In this document: piece by piece, positions 1 to 9,634 of the stretch
Layout of the letters: each line of letters begins with the position of its first letter
How positions within the stretch are numbered: position 1 is the first letter of the stretch
Translations under genes and position numbers: made by a program
DNA from: Patescibacteria group bacterium
GTDB lineage: Bacteria; Patescibacteriota; Minisyncoccia; Phycocordibacterales; CSBR16-119
Assembly: GCA_030917865.1 (NCBI GenBank)
Contig: JAUPTX010000003.1
Coordinates: 1 to 60,131, forward strand
Length of the DNA stretch: 60,131 nt
Direction of reading: 5' to 3'
The notes under the pieces: generated by a model
Databases searched by the model: none
What the model was told of the DNA's origin: nothing
What the model saw: only the letters and a program-made list of their open reading frames with translations

Positions 1-35
1 CAAGAAAAAGCAAAATAAAAAGGCCGAAGGCCTTT

Positions 36-506
36 TTATTTTTTAGAAAAATTTTTCAAATCTTCTAAAACTTCTTTTGCATGATTTTCTGGTTTTACGT
101 TTTTGTAAACTTTCAAAATTTTTCCATCATCTCCGACCAGATACGACATCCTCTGTATTCCGATAAATTTTTTACCGAACATACTCTTCTCTTTTAGTGC
201 TCCATATTTTTCTAAAACTTCTTTTTTCTCATCTGACAAAATCGTAAAAGGTAATTTATATTTTTCTTCGAATTTCTTATGACTCTCTACTGAGTCGGCG
301 CTTATACCTAAAACCTTTGCATTTATTTTTTCAAAATTATGAAAGTCGTCTCTTATCATGCACGCCTCTTTTGTACACCCTGGCGTGTCATCTTTTAGAT
401 AAAAATAAATTAAAACATTTTGTCCAACATAATCTTTTAAGCTATGAAATTTTCCGTCTTGATCTTTTAATTTAAAACTTGGTGCTTTTGAATTTTCTTT
501 TAACAT
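36..506 (-). CDS. bcp: Thioredoxin-dependent peroxiredoxin (Bcp/PrxQ)
   Basis: FYxKDDTPGCTKEAC active-site motif, 156 aa. Confidence 0.93.
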   Translation of the reverse strand: MLKENSKAPSFKLKDQDGKFHSLKDYVGQNVLIYFYLKDDTPGCTKEACMIRDDFHNFEKINAKVLGISADSVESHKKFEEKYKLPFTILSDEKKEVLEKYGALKEKSMFGKKFIGIQRMSYLVGDDGKILKVYKNVKPENHAKEVLEDLKNFSKK

Positions 507-512
507 ATAAAT

Positions 513-1136
513 TTATTTTTCTATTTCTAAAAACTGACAAATAATTTTTGTACTTCTTTTTAATAAATTAAATATTATCGCCACTGTCAAAATTGTCAGC
601 GCAATATTTGTATTTATAAAAGAAATAAAAATTGAAATCAACGAGAAAAAAATTGGGATAAAGATTCTCATGTGCGCATGTGTCTGCTCTATCTTTGTGA
701 CTCTTTTGTTTTTCATCGTGTGAGATTTCCAAGCATACAGTCTCATAAAAAATAAAAGAAGTCCGATGATCATCACGTTCACCGAGAAAACAACAACAGA
801 CATCGGCACGCCACTATACTCTCCGAGCAAGTGCGATGAGAAAGGAATCAATGCGACAAACAAAAGAAATGCTCCGGCAATATTTTGAAAATTTACATCG
901 AAACTTTTTGCAAAATCAGACACGATAGAATGATACCCTCTCCAATATGTGAACAGCACAGCAAAAGAAAGTATATAGGATAAAAATAACGGGTAAGAAT
1001 TTTTTAATAGATTTAAAATTTCCTGATTTGTAGGATTTGAAATTTCTGGAACTTTAATTTCAAAAACAAGTATCGTCATAACAATAGCAAAAATCCCATC
1101 AGCTAAAATATCGAGTCTTGATACTTCTTTATTCAT
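513..1136 (-). CDS. TMEM175 (DUF1211) family potassium channel-like membrane protein
   Basis: N-terminal RLxxxxDGIFAIVMTILVFEI motif; about 6 hydrophobic helices. Confidence 0.8.
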   Translation of the reverse strand: MNKEVSRLDILADGIFAIVMTILVFEIKVPEISNPTNQEILNLLKNSYPLFLSYILSFAVLFTYWRGYHSIVSDFAKSFDVNFQNIAGAFLLFVALIPFSSHLLGEYSGVPMSVVVFSVNVMIIGLLLFFMRLYAWKSHTMKNKRVTKIEQTHAHMRIFIPIFFSLISIFISFINTNIALTILTVAIIFNLLKRSTKIICQFLEIEK

Positions 1137-1179
1137 ATAAATATTTTACACTAGAAATTATTTTTACTCTGTGGGAAAC

Positions 1180-1210
1180 AAAAGGTCGGGCGCGAAGCGC
1201 CCGACCTTTT
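1180..1210. terminator. GC-rich hairpin with GAA loop and A/T tails (REP-like family member; terminator of the ABC gene)
   Basis: aaaaggtcgggcgc-gaa-gcgcccgacctttt perfect inverted repeat. Confidence 0.75.
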
Positions 1211-1212
1211 GT

Positions 1213-2985
1213 TTAAATCACTCCATCTTTTTGTGCATTCCACAACTTTTCGTAATATCCTTTTTTAGACAAAAGATCTTCGTGCGTTCCATCTTCCACG
1301 ATCTTTCCTTTATCCAAAACTATAATCCTATCCATCTTTTTAATCGTAGAAAGTCTGTGAGCAATAACAATAGTTGTTCTATTTTTCATCGCCTCGTCGA
1401 ATGCTTTCTGGATCAAGTTTTCACTGATAGAGTCGAGCGATGAAGTCGCCTCATCTAGTATCAATATCGGAGAATTTTCGAGCATAACTCTTGCGATAGC
1501 TATTCTTTGACGTTGACCACCAGAGAGCTTCACACCCCTCTCACCCACCAATGTTTCATATCCATCTTTTAACTCTTTAATGAATTCTTCGGCGTGAGCT
1601 TTTCTGGAAGCCAGATCTATTTCTTTGTCAGTCGCGTCTGGATCACCATAAGCAATATTTTCTTTCAGGGTTCTATGGAACAAAACAGGCTCCTGAGGAA
1701 CATAAGATATTTTTCTTCGAAGGTCGTCTTGGGTTATATTTCTTATATCTTGTCCATCTATTTTTATTGCGCCACCAGCCACGTCTTCAAATCGCAAAAG
1801 CAGGTTTGTGATTGTTGTCTTTCCAGAACCAGAATGCCCGACGATGCCGACCTTCTGACCACTTGAGATTTGTAAATTGAAATCCTTGAAAACATCTTTT
1901 CCATCTTTATATTCAAAAGACACATTTTCAAAGGCAATCTCCCCGTTTTTAATTCTACACTCTTCAGGATTTTCCGGGTCTTTAATGTCGATTTCTGCGT
2001 CAAAAATTTCAACCATCTCTTTTGAATCTGAAAGGGTTGATGCAAAATCTCTCATAGACCTTCCAATTGTCCAAACGTAATCAAAAATTATAGACACATA
2101 CATTTGCACTAAAATAAAAAGACCAACATTTGCCTGGCCTCTTGCCCACATGTCTACAACAATCCACATGCTTGAGACTCTTAATGCAAAAGTGGCAAAT
2201 GCTTGAACTGTATCCTGGTTACTTCCAACCATCCAAGTCTTAAATGCTTTATTTCTCAAATCCGTAACAGTCTCTTCGTATTTTTTTATCTCATGTTTTG
2301 TATTAGAAAAAATTTTTACATTAAATATATTAGCGATGATGTCAGAAAAAACCCCTGAAGCCCTTGAGTGAGATTTTGCTCTGTCCTCATCAAAACTCAT
2401 TTTATATTTAGCAAAAAAGAAAGAGGTTATTATAAATATTAAAGACCAGACAGAAAAGATAAATCCCAATAATCTATTTTGATTAAACAAAACAAATATA
2501 ACACCAGTTAGTACAACAATTGTTGGTAAAAATGTATATATAATTATGCTAAAAATATTTCCGAACCCTCCAACAAATCTTTGATTTTTTGAAATTATAC
2601 TGCCAACAGAATTGTCCACAAAAAACTTCCTAGAATTTGGCAATATTTTATTAAATGAACTTAGAGACAATTTTTTAGCAATACTATTAGTAATAAAAGT
2701 TGAGATATAGCTTACAACTCTCCAAGAAAAACTACTTAAGAAAAAACAAATTATTAGAAGCACTAGCAAGTCTTTTAGTTCTTTAGACCAAAAAGGAGAA
2801 GATATTGATACATAATCTAAAAGTTTTTGATAAACCAGAGGCTGGAATATTGACCCAACTATTGTTGCAACCAAAACAAAAAAAGTCAGAGTAAAAATCC
2901 CGACCCTGCTTCCCTTAGTAGCCTTCCAAAAATAGTAAAAAATTCTTGAATATTTAACTGTACTCTTTTTCTTTTTATCTTCCAT
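1213..2985 (-). CDS. ABC exporter, fused permease/ATP-binding protein (MdlB/MsbA-like)
   Basis: TM domain plus Walker A GHSGSGKTT, signature LSGGQRQR, Walker B ILILDEATS; ATG start chosen at 2985, just after the upstream stop. Confidence 0.93.
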   Translation of the reverse strand: MEDKKKKSTVKYSRIFYYFWKATKGSRVGIFTLTFFVLVATIVGSIFQPLVYQKLLDYVSISSPFWSKELKDLLVLLIICFFLSSFSWRVVSYISTFITNSIAKKLSLSSFNKILPNSRKFFVDNSVGSIISKNQRFVGGFGNIFSIIIYTFLPTIVVLTGVIFVLFNQNRLLGFIFSVWSLIFIITSFFFAKYKMSFDEDRAKSHSRASGVFSDIIANIFNVKIFSNTKHEIKKYEETVTDLRNKAFKTWMVGSNQDTVQAFATFALRVSSMWIVVDMWARGQANVGLFILVQMYVSIIFDYVWTIGRSMRDFASTLSDSKEMVEIFDAEIDIKDPENPEECRIKNGEIAFENVSFEYKDGKDVFKDFNLQISSGQKVGIVGHSGSGKTTITNLLLRFEDVAGGAIKIDGQDIRNITQDDLRRKISYVPQEPVLFHRTLKENIAYGDPDATDKEIDLASRKAHAEEFIKELKDGYETLVGERGVKLSGGQRQRIAIARVMLENSPILILDEATSSLDSISENLIQKAFDEAMKNRTTIVIAHRLSTIKKMDRIIVLDKGKIVEDGTHEDLLSKKGYYEKLWNAQKDGVI

Positions 2986-2986
2986 A

Positions 2987-3751
2987 TTAATTTTCAAAAT
3001 AATTCATATTAATGATATCTGAAACGCCAGCAGTTTTTACAGAAAATTCTGGCGTTCCATATGCATAAGGCACAACTTGGTAAGTTTGAAATATAAAGAC
3101 TATTCCGTCATCTGTCGCATACCACGTCGCCCAGTTTGCAGGTTCTGGTTTTAGACCTTCATAAAAAGCAACTTCAGGATATTCTGATTGCAGAAACTTG
3201 TCACCCAAGGCTGCCAGAACTGGTAAATAGTTTTCAGCAGAAGTGTTAAACAGGTCCGAAAGAGAAATCCTAGAGCCAGTTTTCTTGTCGTAACTAAAAG
3301 TCAGAACTTCCAGATTCCCGTGTGCACCGCCTGTGAAAACCGCTGTTTTTAGAATATATGTCTTTATTGCCGAAGATTCTTTTTCTGAATATGAGAACTC
3401 TAAAGTGTATTTCATGCCGCGATTAAAACCGAGCATTTCTTTGTCTTCTTCTGTAATACTTTCAAAACCAGATTCTGTTTTAAACTGAGAAACACGATCT
3501 TCGATATATCTTTTAATATCAGCCAACGGGGCATCTTCTTTGATTTCTGCGACATTTCCATAATTTACAATATACATATCTGTTTCTTCTTTTTGGAACG
3601 GCTCGCCATTTTCTGGCTCTTCGTTTAAATCTTTTTCTTCAAAAACAAAGTCTGGATTATCTACCACTACAACCCTTTCTTTATTAAAAACAGCTAAAAT
3701 AATCCCGGAAACAATGATTATTAAAAACAAAATTGGTTTAAAATTTTTCAT
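2987..3751 (-). CDS. Membrane-anchored DUF3298/DUF4163 (RsiV/PdaC-like) protein
   Basis: FTGGAHG motif, TG..ISLSDLF, GIVFIFQTYQVVPYAYG; N-terminal TM. Confidence 0.75.
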   Translation of the reverse strand: MKNFKPILFLIIIVSGIILAVFNKERVVVVDNPDFVFEEKDLNEEPENGEPFQKEETDMYIVNYGNVAEIKEDAPLADIKRYIEDRVSQFKTESGFESITEEDKEMLGFNRGMKYTLEFSYSEKESSAIKTYILKTAVFTGGAHGNLEVLTFSYDKKTGSRISLSDLFNTSAENYLPVLAALGDKFLQSEYPEVAFYEGLKPEPANWATWYATDDGIVFIFQTYQVVPYAYGTPEFSVKTAGVSDIINMNYFEN

Positions 3752-3772
3752 ATTTTGATTATAACAATAATT

Positions 3773-3807
3773 ATAAAGGCCGGCACGCTTCGCGTGCCGG
3801 CCTTTAT
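3773..3807. terminator. REP-like hairpin (reverse orientation of the GCACGCGAAGCGTGC tip)
   Basis: ataaaggccggcacgc-ttc-gcgtgccggcctttat. Confidence 0.75.
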
Positions 3808-3816
3808 TTCCCCTAT

Positions 3817-4557
3817 TTATCTTAAATTAAACGTCGCTCTAACCGTCACCATAATATCTTTTTCTCTTGTAGAAGTGTCGTATGAACCGTAATCAGAAAC
3901 CTCTATTGAGTTTGGTGACAGAACCTGCACCACACCGCTCGTAGAAGATTTTAGCTTACCAACAGAAGACCCGCCGCCTCGTGCTATTTCTGCAGCTCGT
4001 GCCTTAGCGTCTTGTATCGCACTAGACAAAAGTTCGACTCTCTTCTCCGCCAGGCCACTGTACAAATACTGAAGTCCGTAACTTTGGAACAAAACATTTT
4101 TGTTAACCAAAGATGAAACAGAATTTGCGAAACCTTCAACTTTGTCGATATCAGTAGAGTTTATTTCTATAGTCTGTCTAAACTCATACTTTTTAGGTAA
4201 ATTCTGAGAACCTTCGTTGTATTGATAGACTTCGTTTACAGAAACAGGCTGTATTGAATATTCTTCTTTTGTTAAACCTTTTTCAGTTAAAAATGCTTCC
4301 ATTATTTTCGCATCAGAAGCGATATTCGCATAGCCACTTTTCAGGTCATATTCAAAAGCTGTTCTCACGATTGCTCCGCTCATTTTTGCAGAATCAGACA
4401 TCACGCGAACCTTTGAAGACCCGGTAGATGTAATGGTTTCTCCATCATTTCTAATCTTTGAAACAAAATACCCCAAAGCAAAAGAAGCCAAAATCAAAGA
4501 CATTCCCATCACCAGAGCTGGATAAAAAAAGGGCTTTTCAGATAAATTCTTGAACAT
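3817..4557 (-). CDS. SIMPL domain (DUF541) protein
   Basis: N-terminal TM; TITSTGSSKVRVMSD; AIQDAKARAAEIA; C-terminal VTVRATFNL. Confidence 0.85.
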   Translation of the reverse strand: MFKNLSEKPFFYPALVMGMSLILASFALGYFVSKIRNDGETITSTGSSKVRVMSDSAKMSGAIVRTAFEYDLKSGYANIASDAKIMEAFLTEKGLTKEEYSIQPVSVNEVYQYNEGSQNLPKKYEFRQTIEINSTDIDKVEGFANSVSSLVNKNVLFQSYGLQYLYSGLAEKRVELLSSAIQDAKARAAEIARGGGSSVGKLKSSTSGVVQVLSPNSIEVSDYGSYDTSTREKDIMVTVRATFNLR

Positions 4558-4585
4558 AAAATTAAACTTAAAATTAATAGACTAA

Positions 4586-5083
4586 TTATACACCCTTTTT
4601 CCTTCTAAAAAAACGAAGTCTTCTGTGAGATTTTGGCTGGGCTAAATATATGGAAATCAGCGTTCCGACAAACCTACCGAACGTCACCCCAAATATTATA
4701 AAAAATGTATAAGCCAGAACCTTTGAAATATTTCCGTCAAAATATTCATTCAAATATGCATCAGAAAATATTCGCGCGCCGATATAGCTGACCAAAATAA
4801 ATATTCCGAAAATATCCATTTTTTGCGTGACCATTATCTGCCTTCTTTTATCCCAAGTAACTTTGTGCATTTTTGAAATAATAATCATCCCGATCAAAAA
4901 AGACCCAGCAACGACCAAGAAAACATGGAACCAATAAAAACCTTCAAATAAAATATCGTAAACAGTTATAAGTCCAAACAAAAAAGAAAGAAACTTAAAA
5001 ACAGTAAGTCTTCTAGAAATTTTTTTATCGAGCTTCCCTTCTCTGTGAAGCTCGTCTGCTGTTGTCTTTAGTTCATCAATCAT
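4586..5083 (-). CDS. Hypothetical multi-pass membrane protein (weak resemblance to DUF1453/CcdC)
   Basis: 165 aa, 4 hydrophobic segments, typical codon composition, abuts the neighbouring gene. Confidence 0.55.
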   Translation of the reverse strand: MIDELKTTADELHREGKLDKKISRRLTVFKFLSFLFGLITVYDILFEGFYWFHVFLVVAGSFLIGMIIISKMHKVTWDKRRQIMVTQKMDIFGIFILVSYIGARIFSDAYLNEYFDGNISKVLAYTFFIIFGVTFGRFVGTLISIYLAQPKSHRRLRFFRRKKGV

Positions 5084-5084
5084 T

Positions 5085-5525
5085 TTACTTTTTTATAGGA
5101 TGAAGTTGCGCAGACACACCTATCGCCGCCGCGATAAAAACTATGTTTTTAATTATATACTGACCTTCGAGTGTTGGCACCAAAAACTTTTGCCAAGCTT
5201 CTTCTGGTAAATACACCAGTGGCCCAAAAGTTGTAATCATGTGAATCAAAAGTAGAGGCATCACTATTCTCTCTGCGCCTTTTATCAAAAACAATATTCC
5301 GATTAAACATTCAAAAAGTCCGAACAAAACAAGAAACGTAGAAAACTCCATAAAAGGAATCGTATTTTCAAAAAGTCTTTGCACTACTCCGTTCGCCGGT
5401 GAAAGTCCGATGACTTTCAAAAATCCAAACCAAAAGAAAACAACAAAAAATCCAAATCTCGCAGTCGGAACAAAAGCCCGTCTAAAGAAATTTATAAGTC
5501 CAAGATCTATTTTATTTAGAGACAT
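5085..5525 (-). CDS. DoxX/DUF417 family membrane protein
   Basis: FFWFGFLKVIGLSPA, GLFECLIGILFLI, TLEGQYIIKN motifs. Confidence 0.8.
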   Translation of the reverse strand: MSLNKIDLGLINFFRRAFVPTARFGFFVVFFWFGFLKVIGLSPANGVVQRLFENTIPFMEFSTFLVLFGLFECLIGILFLIKGAERIVMPLLLIHMITTFGPLVYLPEEAWQKFLVPTLEGQYIIKNIVFIAAAIGVSAQLHPIKK

Positions 5526-5628
5526 AAAATTAAATTACTTTTTATAATTTAATATTATACCAAAGAAAAGACGCTATCATTCCTAGAATCAACACAAAAC
5601 ACCCTCTCGGGTGTTTTGTGTTTTCGTG

Positions 5629-5701
5629 GGTGCCTATCGGGATTTGAACCCGAACTGAGAGTTCCACAAACTCTAGTGCTAACCATTACACTATAGGCAC
5701 C
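5629..5701 (-). tRNA. tRNA-His(GTG) with encoded G-1
   Basis: Cloverleaf; anticodon arm AGAGT-TTGTGGA-ACTCT; G-1:C73 pair. Confidence 0.95.
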
Positions 5702-5752
5702 ATATATGGTTCTTTCGAACCCATATGTTATACCAGATTAAAGATTAAAAAT

Positions 5753-6178
5753 CTACTCCTGGTAAATATCTTGGTCGAAAGTGCTCGGAGCAAGTTTCGA
5801 CAGAGCTTCTTTTTTAAATCTCTCTAAATCAATCTTTAGTTTAGAATATTCTGCGAATGGCGTCCCTGTTAAAATTATTTCTTGATGAGCCTTCTCAAGA
5901 GAGTCTCTCTCGCCCTTAGATTCGATCAAAAAATAATCTTCCCCCACTTTAGTTTGCCTCATCAGATCTTCTATCTGAGAAAGATTTGACTGCATGTCTA
6001 TAATATATGCTTCTATTCTATCTAAAACTGATTGGTCGGGATCTGGATTCATGGAGTTTAAAAGATTGTTAGATTCTTCAAAGTTTCTTTTAAAATTTTG
6101 AACAAAAACTTGCGCCTCTTCGAATATTTTTTCTTGCGATTTTAACGCTTTTGGTCTTTCCCAGAATCTAAAATTCAT
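5753..6178 (-). CDS. Hypothetical protein
   Basis: 141 aa ORF with ATG start, abutting the VKOR gene; no recognised motif. Confidence 0.55.
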   Translation of the reverse strand: MNFRFWERPKALKSQEKIFEEAQVFVQNFKRNFEESNNLLNSMNPDPDQSVLDRIEAYIIDMQSNLSQIEDLMRQTKVGEDYFLIESKGERDSLEKAHQEIILTGTPFAEYSKLKIDLERFKKEALSKLAPSTFDQDIYQE

Positions 6179-6179
6179 A

Positions 6180-7205
6180 TTATTTATTTATCTCTTTATT
6201 TCTTTTTATAATTAAATACCTATCAAAAATTTGTGACCCAACTATCGCCAACACTAAAATTAAAACATAGATAGAAATTCCTGCACCAGCAGAAATTGGT
6301 ATTTTTCTGATAGACCCTAAAATAAATACAACATACCATGAAGAAATCGAAATACCGCCCAACGCAAAAGCTAGTTTTCTCATAAAATGAAGCTCACCTT
6401 TTGCGTGTGAGTGCTCGTCGCCGAAAGTTATATCCATAAGTTTTGGCGACACCACCAAGTTCAGCATCGCACCGTTTACAATCAAAACCAAAACAGCGAC
6501 AACTTTTGTTAAGAATTTAGATGATTGCATCAAAACTTCTTGATTTTGAATAAGTAAACCAACACCAGTTAAAACAAGCACACCCAAAGCTATCCATATA
6601 ACAGAAGAAAGTGTTCCCATTATTTTGTGTTCTGATTCAGAAATCCTATAATCTTTTAAAAATTTAAAGAAGAAGATATCTGTGACAGTCGCAGCGCCCA
6701 CACCAATAGCTGCAGCAAAAGCGTGAAAGAAAACAACAACGCCTTTATATTGTGTAAGAAGTGCCACCAAAGAAAAGTCCGCTCCGAAAACCGCTGTTAT
6801 GAAAATAAATGTTGAAAATCCTGCAGAGAAAAGACACCACGTACACCACTGACGCAAAATAAATGCTTGGATAAATACAAGATAACAAGAAAAAAGAAAA
6901 GCCATTATTGTGATAGATGTCATGAAAAATTGGAAAACGTCACTCACAGTGCTTTTGTTTATAAAAATAAAAACATACGCGAGCATTATAAATGCGTAAT
7001 AAAGCATCCCCATAACCTCAACTGGGATTCCCATAAATTTAGAATAACGACTATTTACCACCTCGTCACAACTGCCGTTCATAGGGCAAACCAAGTTCTC
7101 TTTCTTTTGCTTTTTTGAATAAACATAACCAGCGAGTAAAAAACCGGCGAGTCCAAAAAAAACTGGACCAAGATCAAAAAATATTTTCTCTAAAATAAAA
7201 AACAT
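6180..7205 (-). CDS. Vitamin K epoxide reductase (VKOR) domain protein fused to a C-terminal multi-TM domain
   Basis: CPMNGSCDEVVNSRYS loop cysteines, WCTWC redox motif, extra ~5 TM C-terminal domain; ATG start chosen at 7205. Confidence 0.88.
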   Translation of the reverse strand: MFFILEKIFFDLGPVFFGLAGFLLAGYVYSKKQKKENLVCPMNGSCDEVVNSRYSKFMGIPVEVMGMLYYAFIMLAYVFIFINKSTVSDVFQFFMTSITIMAFLFSCYLVFIQAFILRQWCTWCLFSAGFSTFIFITAVFGADFSLVALLTQYKGVVVFFHAFAAAIGVGAATVTDIFFFKFLKDYRISESEHKIMGTLSSVIWIALGVLVLTGVGLLIQNQEVLMQSSKFLTKVVAVLVLIVNGAMLNLVVSPKLMDITFGDEHSHAKGELHFMRKLAFALGGISISSWYVVFILGSIRKIPISAGAGISIYVLILVLAIVGSQIFDRYLIIKRNKEINK

Positions 7206-7206
7206 A

Positions 7207-8136
7207 TTATAAAAAGCCAAAAACCTTACCAATAAAAATTATGTATAGAATTAAATACATAAAACCTTCCCACTTATGAATTATATTCGATAAGCAAGAA
7301 ATAATAAACACAAACGTGACTATAAGTAGCGCAGGCAAAGCAAGCCCTAGTGTCACCGGGTCAAGAGGCAGAGTTTTAAAAAGTCCAGGAAGCCCAACCA
7401 CCATCATCAAGTTAAAAGCGTTTGAACCAAAGACGTTGCCTATTGCCACCTCCGGACTTCCTTTTATCGCAGCTTTTACAGAAACTAAAAGCTCTGGTAA
7501 AGAAGTACCAAAAGCAACAGCCACAACAGATATTACGCCAGGTGCGATGTTTAGTATCTCCGAAATAGAAACTACAGAATCTATTAAATATTTAGATCCA
7601 AAAACAAGCCCAACAAGACCTAAAACCAAGAGTATAAAATCTTTTGTAGAAATTTTTGGTCTTTCTGTCTTTTCTGTAGATTCATCTGGTTTGTTAAATA
7701 GTGAATACGCGAGATAAATCAAAAAAGAAGCTATCAAAGTTACAGAGTCGAATTTTGAAATATTTCCGTCATATGCCAAAGCCAAGAAAATCAGAGTAAT
7801 AATCGCCATCATAGGTATCTCTAAATCAGTAAGATTTGTTTTTGATTTTATTTTTCTGGCAACAATAGCCGAAATACCAATTATCACTAAAATATTTGCA
7901 ATATTTGAACCCACGGCATTAGCGGTGACTATCTCTGGCACACCTTCTATAACAGCAACAAGTGACGATATAAGCTCTGGAAAAGAAGTCCCAACACCAA
8001 CAATAACCACACCAACAACAAAAGGAGAAAGCCCGGCTGCCAAGCCAACTTTTTCTGAACTATTTAAAAATAAATCTGCACCCTTTACCAGAACAAAAAG
8101 ACTGGCAATAAAAATTAAAACATAAACTATAATCAT
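7207..8136 (-). CDS. Calcium/sodium antiporter (YrbG/CaCA family)
   Basis: Two alpha repeats GTSFPEL...GSNIAN and GTSLPEL...GSNAFN. Confidence 0.93.
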   Translation of the reverse strand: MIIVYVLIFIASLFVLVKGADLFLNSSEKVGLAAGLSPFVVGVVIVGVGTSFPELISSLVAVIEGVPEIVTANAVGSNIANILVIIGISAIVARKIKSKTNLTDLEIPMMAIITLIFLALAYDGNISKFDSVTLIASFLIYLAYSLFNKPDESTEKTERPKISTKDFILLVLGLVGLVFGSKYLIDSVVSISEILNIAPGVISVVAVAFGTSLPELLVSVKAAIKGSPEVAIGNVFGSNAFNLMMVVGLPGLFKTLPLDPVTLGLALPALLIVTFVFIISCLSNIIHKWEGFMYLILYIIFIGKVFGFL

Positions 8137-8180
8137 AAAAAGATTATATCAAAACAAATTTTTTATTATTGGGGATTGTT

Positions 8181-8212
8181 AAGGGCCGGAGCGCTTCACG
8201 CTCCGGCCTTTT
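8181..8212. terminator. REP-like hairpin downstream of tRNA-Leu
   Basis: aagggccggagcg-cttca-cgctccggcctt. Confidence 0.7.
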
Positions 8213-8214
8213 AT

Positions 8215-8299
8215 TGGTGCCCAGGAGAGGATTTGAACCTCCACGCCTTGCGGCACATCCACCTCAAGGATGCTTGTCTACCAATTTCAACACCTGGGC
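8215..8299 (-). tRNA. tRNA-Leu(GAG), CCA encoded
   Basis: Cloverleaf with long variable arm; CATCC-TTGAGGT-GGATG. Confidence 0.95.
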
Positions 8300-8327
8300 A
8301 TAAACAAGATATTACAAAAAGTTTATT

Positions 8328-8370
8328 AAAAATCAAAGCCCGGGCGCGAAGCGCCCGGGCTTTGATTTTT
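8328..8370. terminator. REP-like hairpin, rplS terminator
   Basis: aaaatcaaagcccgggcgc-gaa-gcgcccgggctttgatttt. Confidence 0.78.
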
Positions 8371-8804
8371 TATTCAGATTTTGTTTCTTCTGCTGGAACC
8401 TCGTCCATCATATCTTCTGCCTTAATTTCTGCTGGCTCATCTTTTGCAATGAATCCAAAAGCTTTAAGTTTTCTTCGGATCTCCTTAGCAGTCTTTTCTC
8501 TTAAGAAGTAAAGTTTAGATCTTTTTACCTTTGCTCTTTTTACAACTTCAAATCTATCAACGTTTGGAGAGTATAGAGGGAAAATTCTTTCCACGCCCAC
8601 ACCTTCTGAAATCTTTCTAACTGTGATTGTCGCACCAGCCTCAGATCCATGCTTTCTAGCAAGAACAAGTCCTTCAAAAGCTTGAAGACGAGTTTTACCT
8701 TTTTCTTGGATTTTTGAATAAACACGAATAGTGTCCCCTGCTTTAACATCAAGGTTTTTTCGTGATTCTATATCTACTGGTGATAATTTAATTGCTGTAG
8801 TCAT
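8370..8804 (-). CDS. rplS: 50S ribosomal protein L19
   Basis: GDTIRV, RLQAFEGLVLARK, GVERIFPLYSP, RAKLYFLR-type motif; ATG at 8804. Confidence 0.97.
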   Translation of the reverse strand: MTTAIKLSPVDIESRKNLDVKAGDTIRVYSKIQEKGKTRLQAFEGLVLARKHGSEAGATITVRKISEGVGVERIFPLYSPNVDRFEVVKRAKVKRSKLYFLREKTAKEIRRKLKAFGFIAKDEPAEIKAEDMMDEVPAEETKSE

Positions 8805-8867
8805 ATTTTCTATATAAAACACCCGTTTTCGGGCGACTCATTAACAAAGAAGACTTTATCATAAGTC

Positions 8868-9587
8868 TTATAGTTTAGCAAGTAGCTCCATGAAGTCTTC
8901 AGGATACGAGGCTTCGAACGTTTTAACCCCCTCTTCTGGTATCTCGATAGTCAGACTTCTGGCGTGTAGCGCCACCCTTTCAAAGCCTAAAACGTACGGT
9001 CGGTTTTCAGCATAAAGCTTGTCGCCAACTATTGGGTTGTTCAAATACTTCATATGAACTCTGATCTGATGAGTTCGCCCGGTTTTAGGTCTTACTTCTA
9101 AAAATACAAATTTCTCGCCTTCATCTTCAAACCTTGCAAGAACTTTGTATTCCGTCACCGCTTCACGCATCTGCCCACGAGCACCACGTGTTGCGCTCCA
9201 TTGTCGAAAGTCTTTACTGTGTCTGCCGATTGGCGCATCTATGACACCTTCGTCGTTTTTGATATTTCCCCAAACAACCGTGTTATAAACTTTCTTCGCT
9301 AATCTTTCTTGGAATTGCTCTTTTAAAAAATAAAAAGTTTCTTGATTTTTCGCCAAGATAATCACACCAGAAGTTTCTTTATCGAGCCGATGAACAACTC
9401 CGGGTCTTTTAATTATTTCACCGTTTATATCCATTGGTTCGCCCACGTTTTCCATTTCTGGATAGTTTTCCAGTATCCAATCGCAAAGAGTTTCTTCTTT
9501 AGTTTTTCCGTCACCATGAACAACAAGCCCAGCTGGCTTGTTTAAAACTAACACATTTTCATTTTCGTAGATTATTTCTGGGGACAT
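8868..9587 (-). CDS. RluA/RluD family pseudouridine synthase (no S4 domain)
   Basis: NKPAGLVVH, VHRLDKETSG, TGRTHQIRVH. Confidence 0.95.
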   Translation of the reverse strand: MSPEIIYENENVLVLNKPAGLVVHGDGKTKEETLCDWILENYPEMENVGEPMDINGEIIKRPGVVHRLDKETSGVIILAKNQETFYFLKEQFQERLAKKVYNTVVWGNIKNDEGVIDAPIGRHSKDFRQWSATRGARGQMREAVTEYKVLARFEDEGEKFVFLEVRPKTGRTHQIRVHMKYLNNPIVGDKLYAENRPYVLGFERVALHARSLTIEIPEEGVKTFEASYPEDFMELLAKL

Positions 9588-9634
9588 AATAAAATAGTAG
9601 CAAATTTTTTTAAAAAGGTTTACTATTTAAATAT

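Noticed and set aside
36-506. Inactivated peroxiredoxin (FYL instead of FYP)
   Set aside because: The catalytic PxxxTxxC-type residues (TPGC) and the second Cys are present; a single substitution or read error is not enough to call loss of function.
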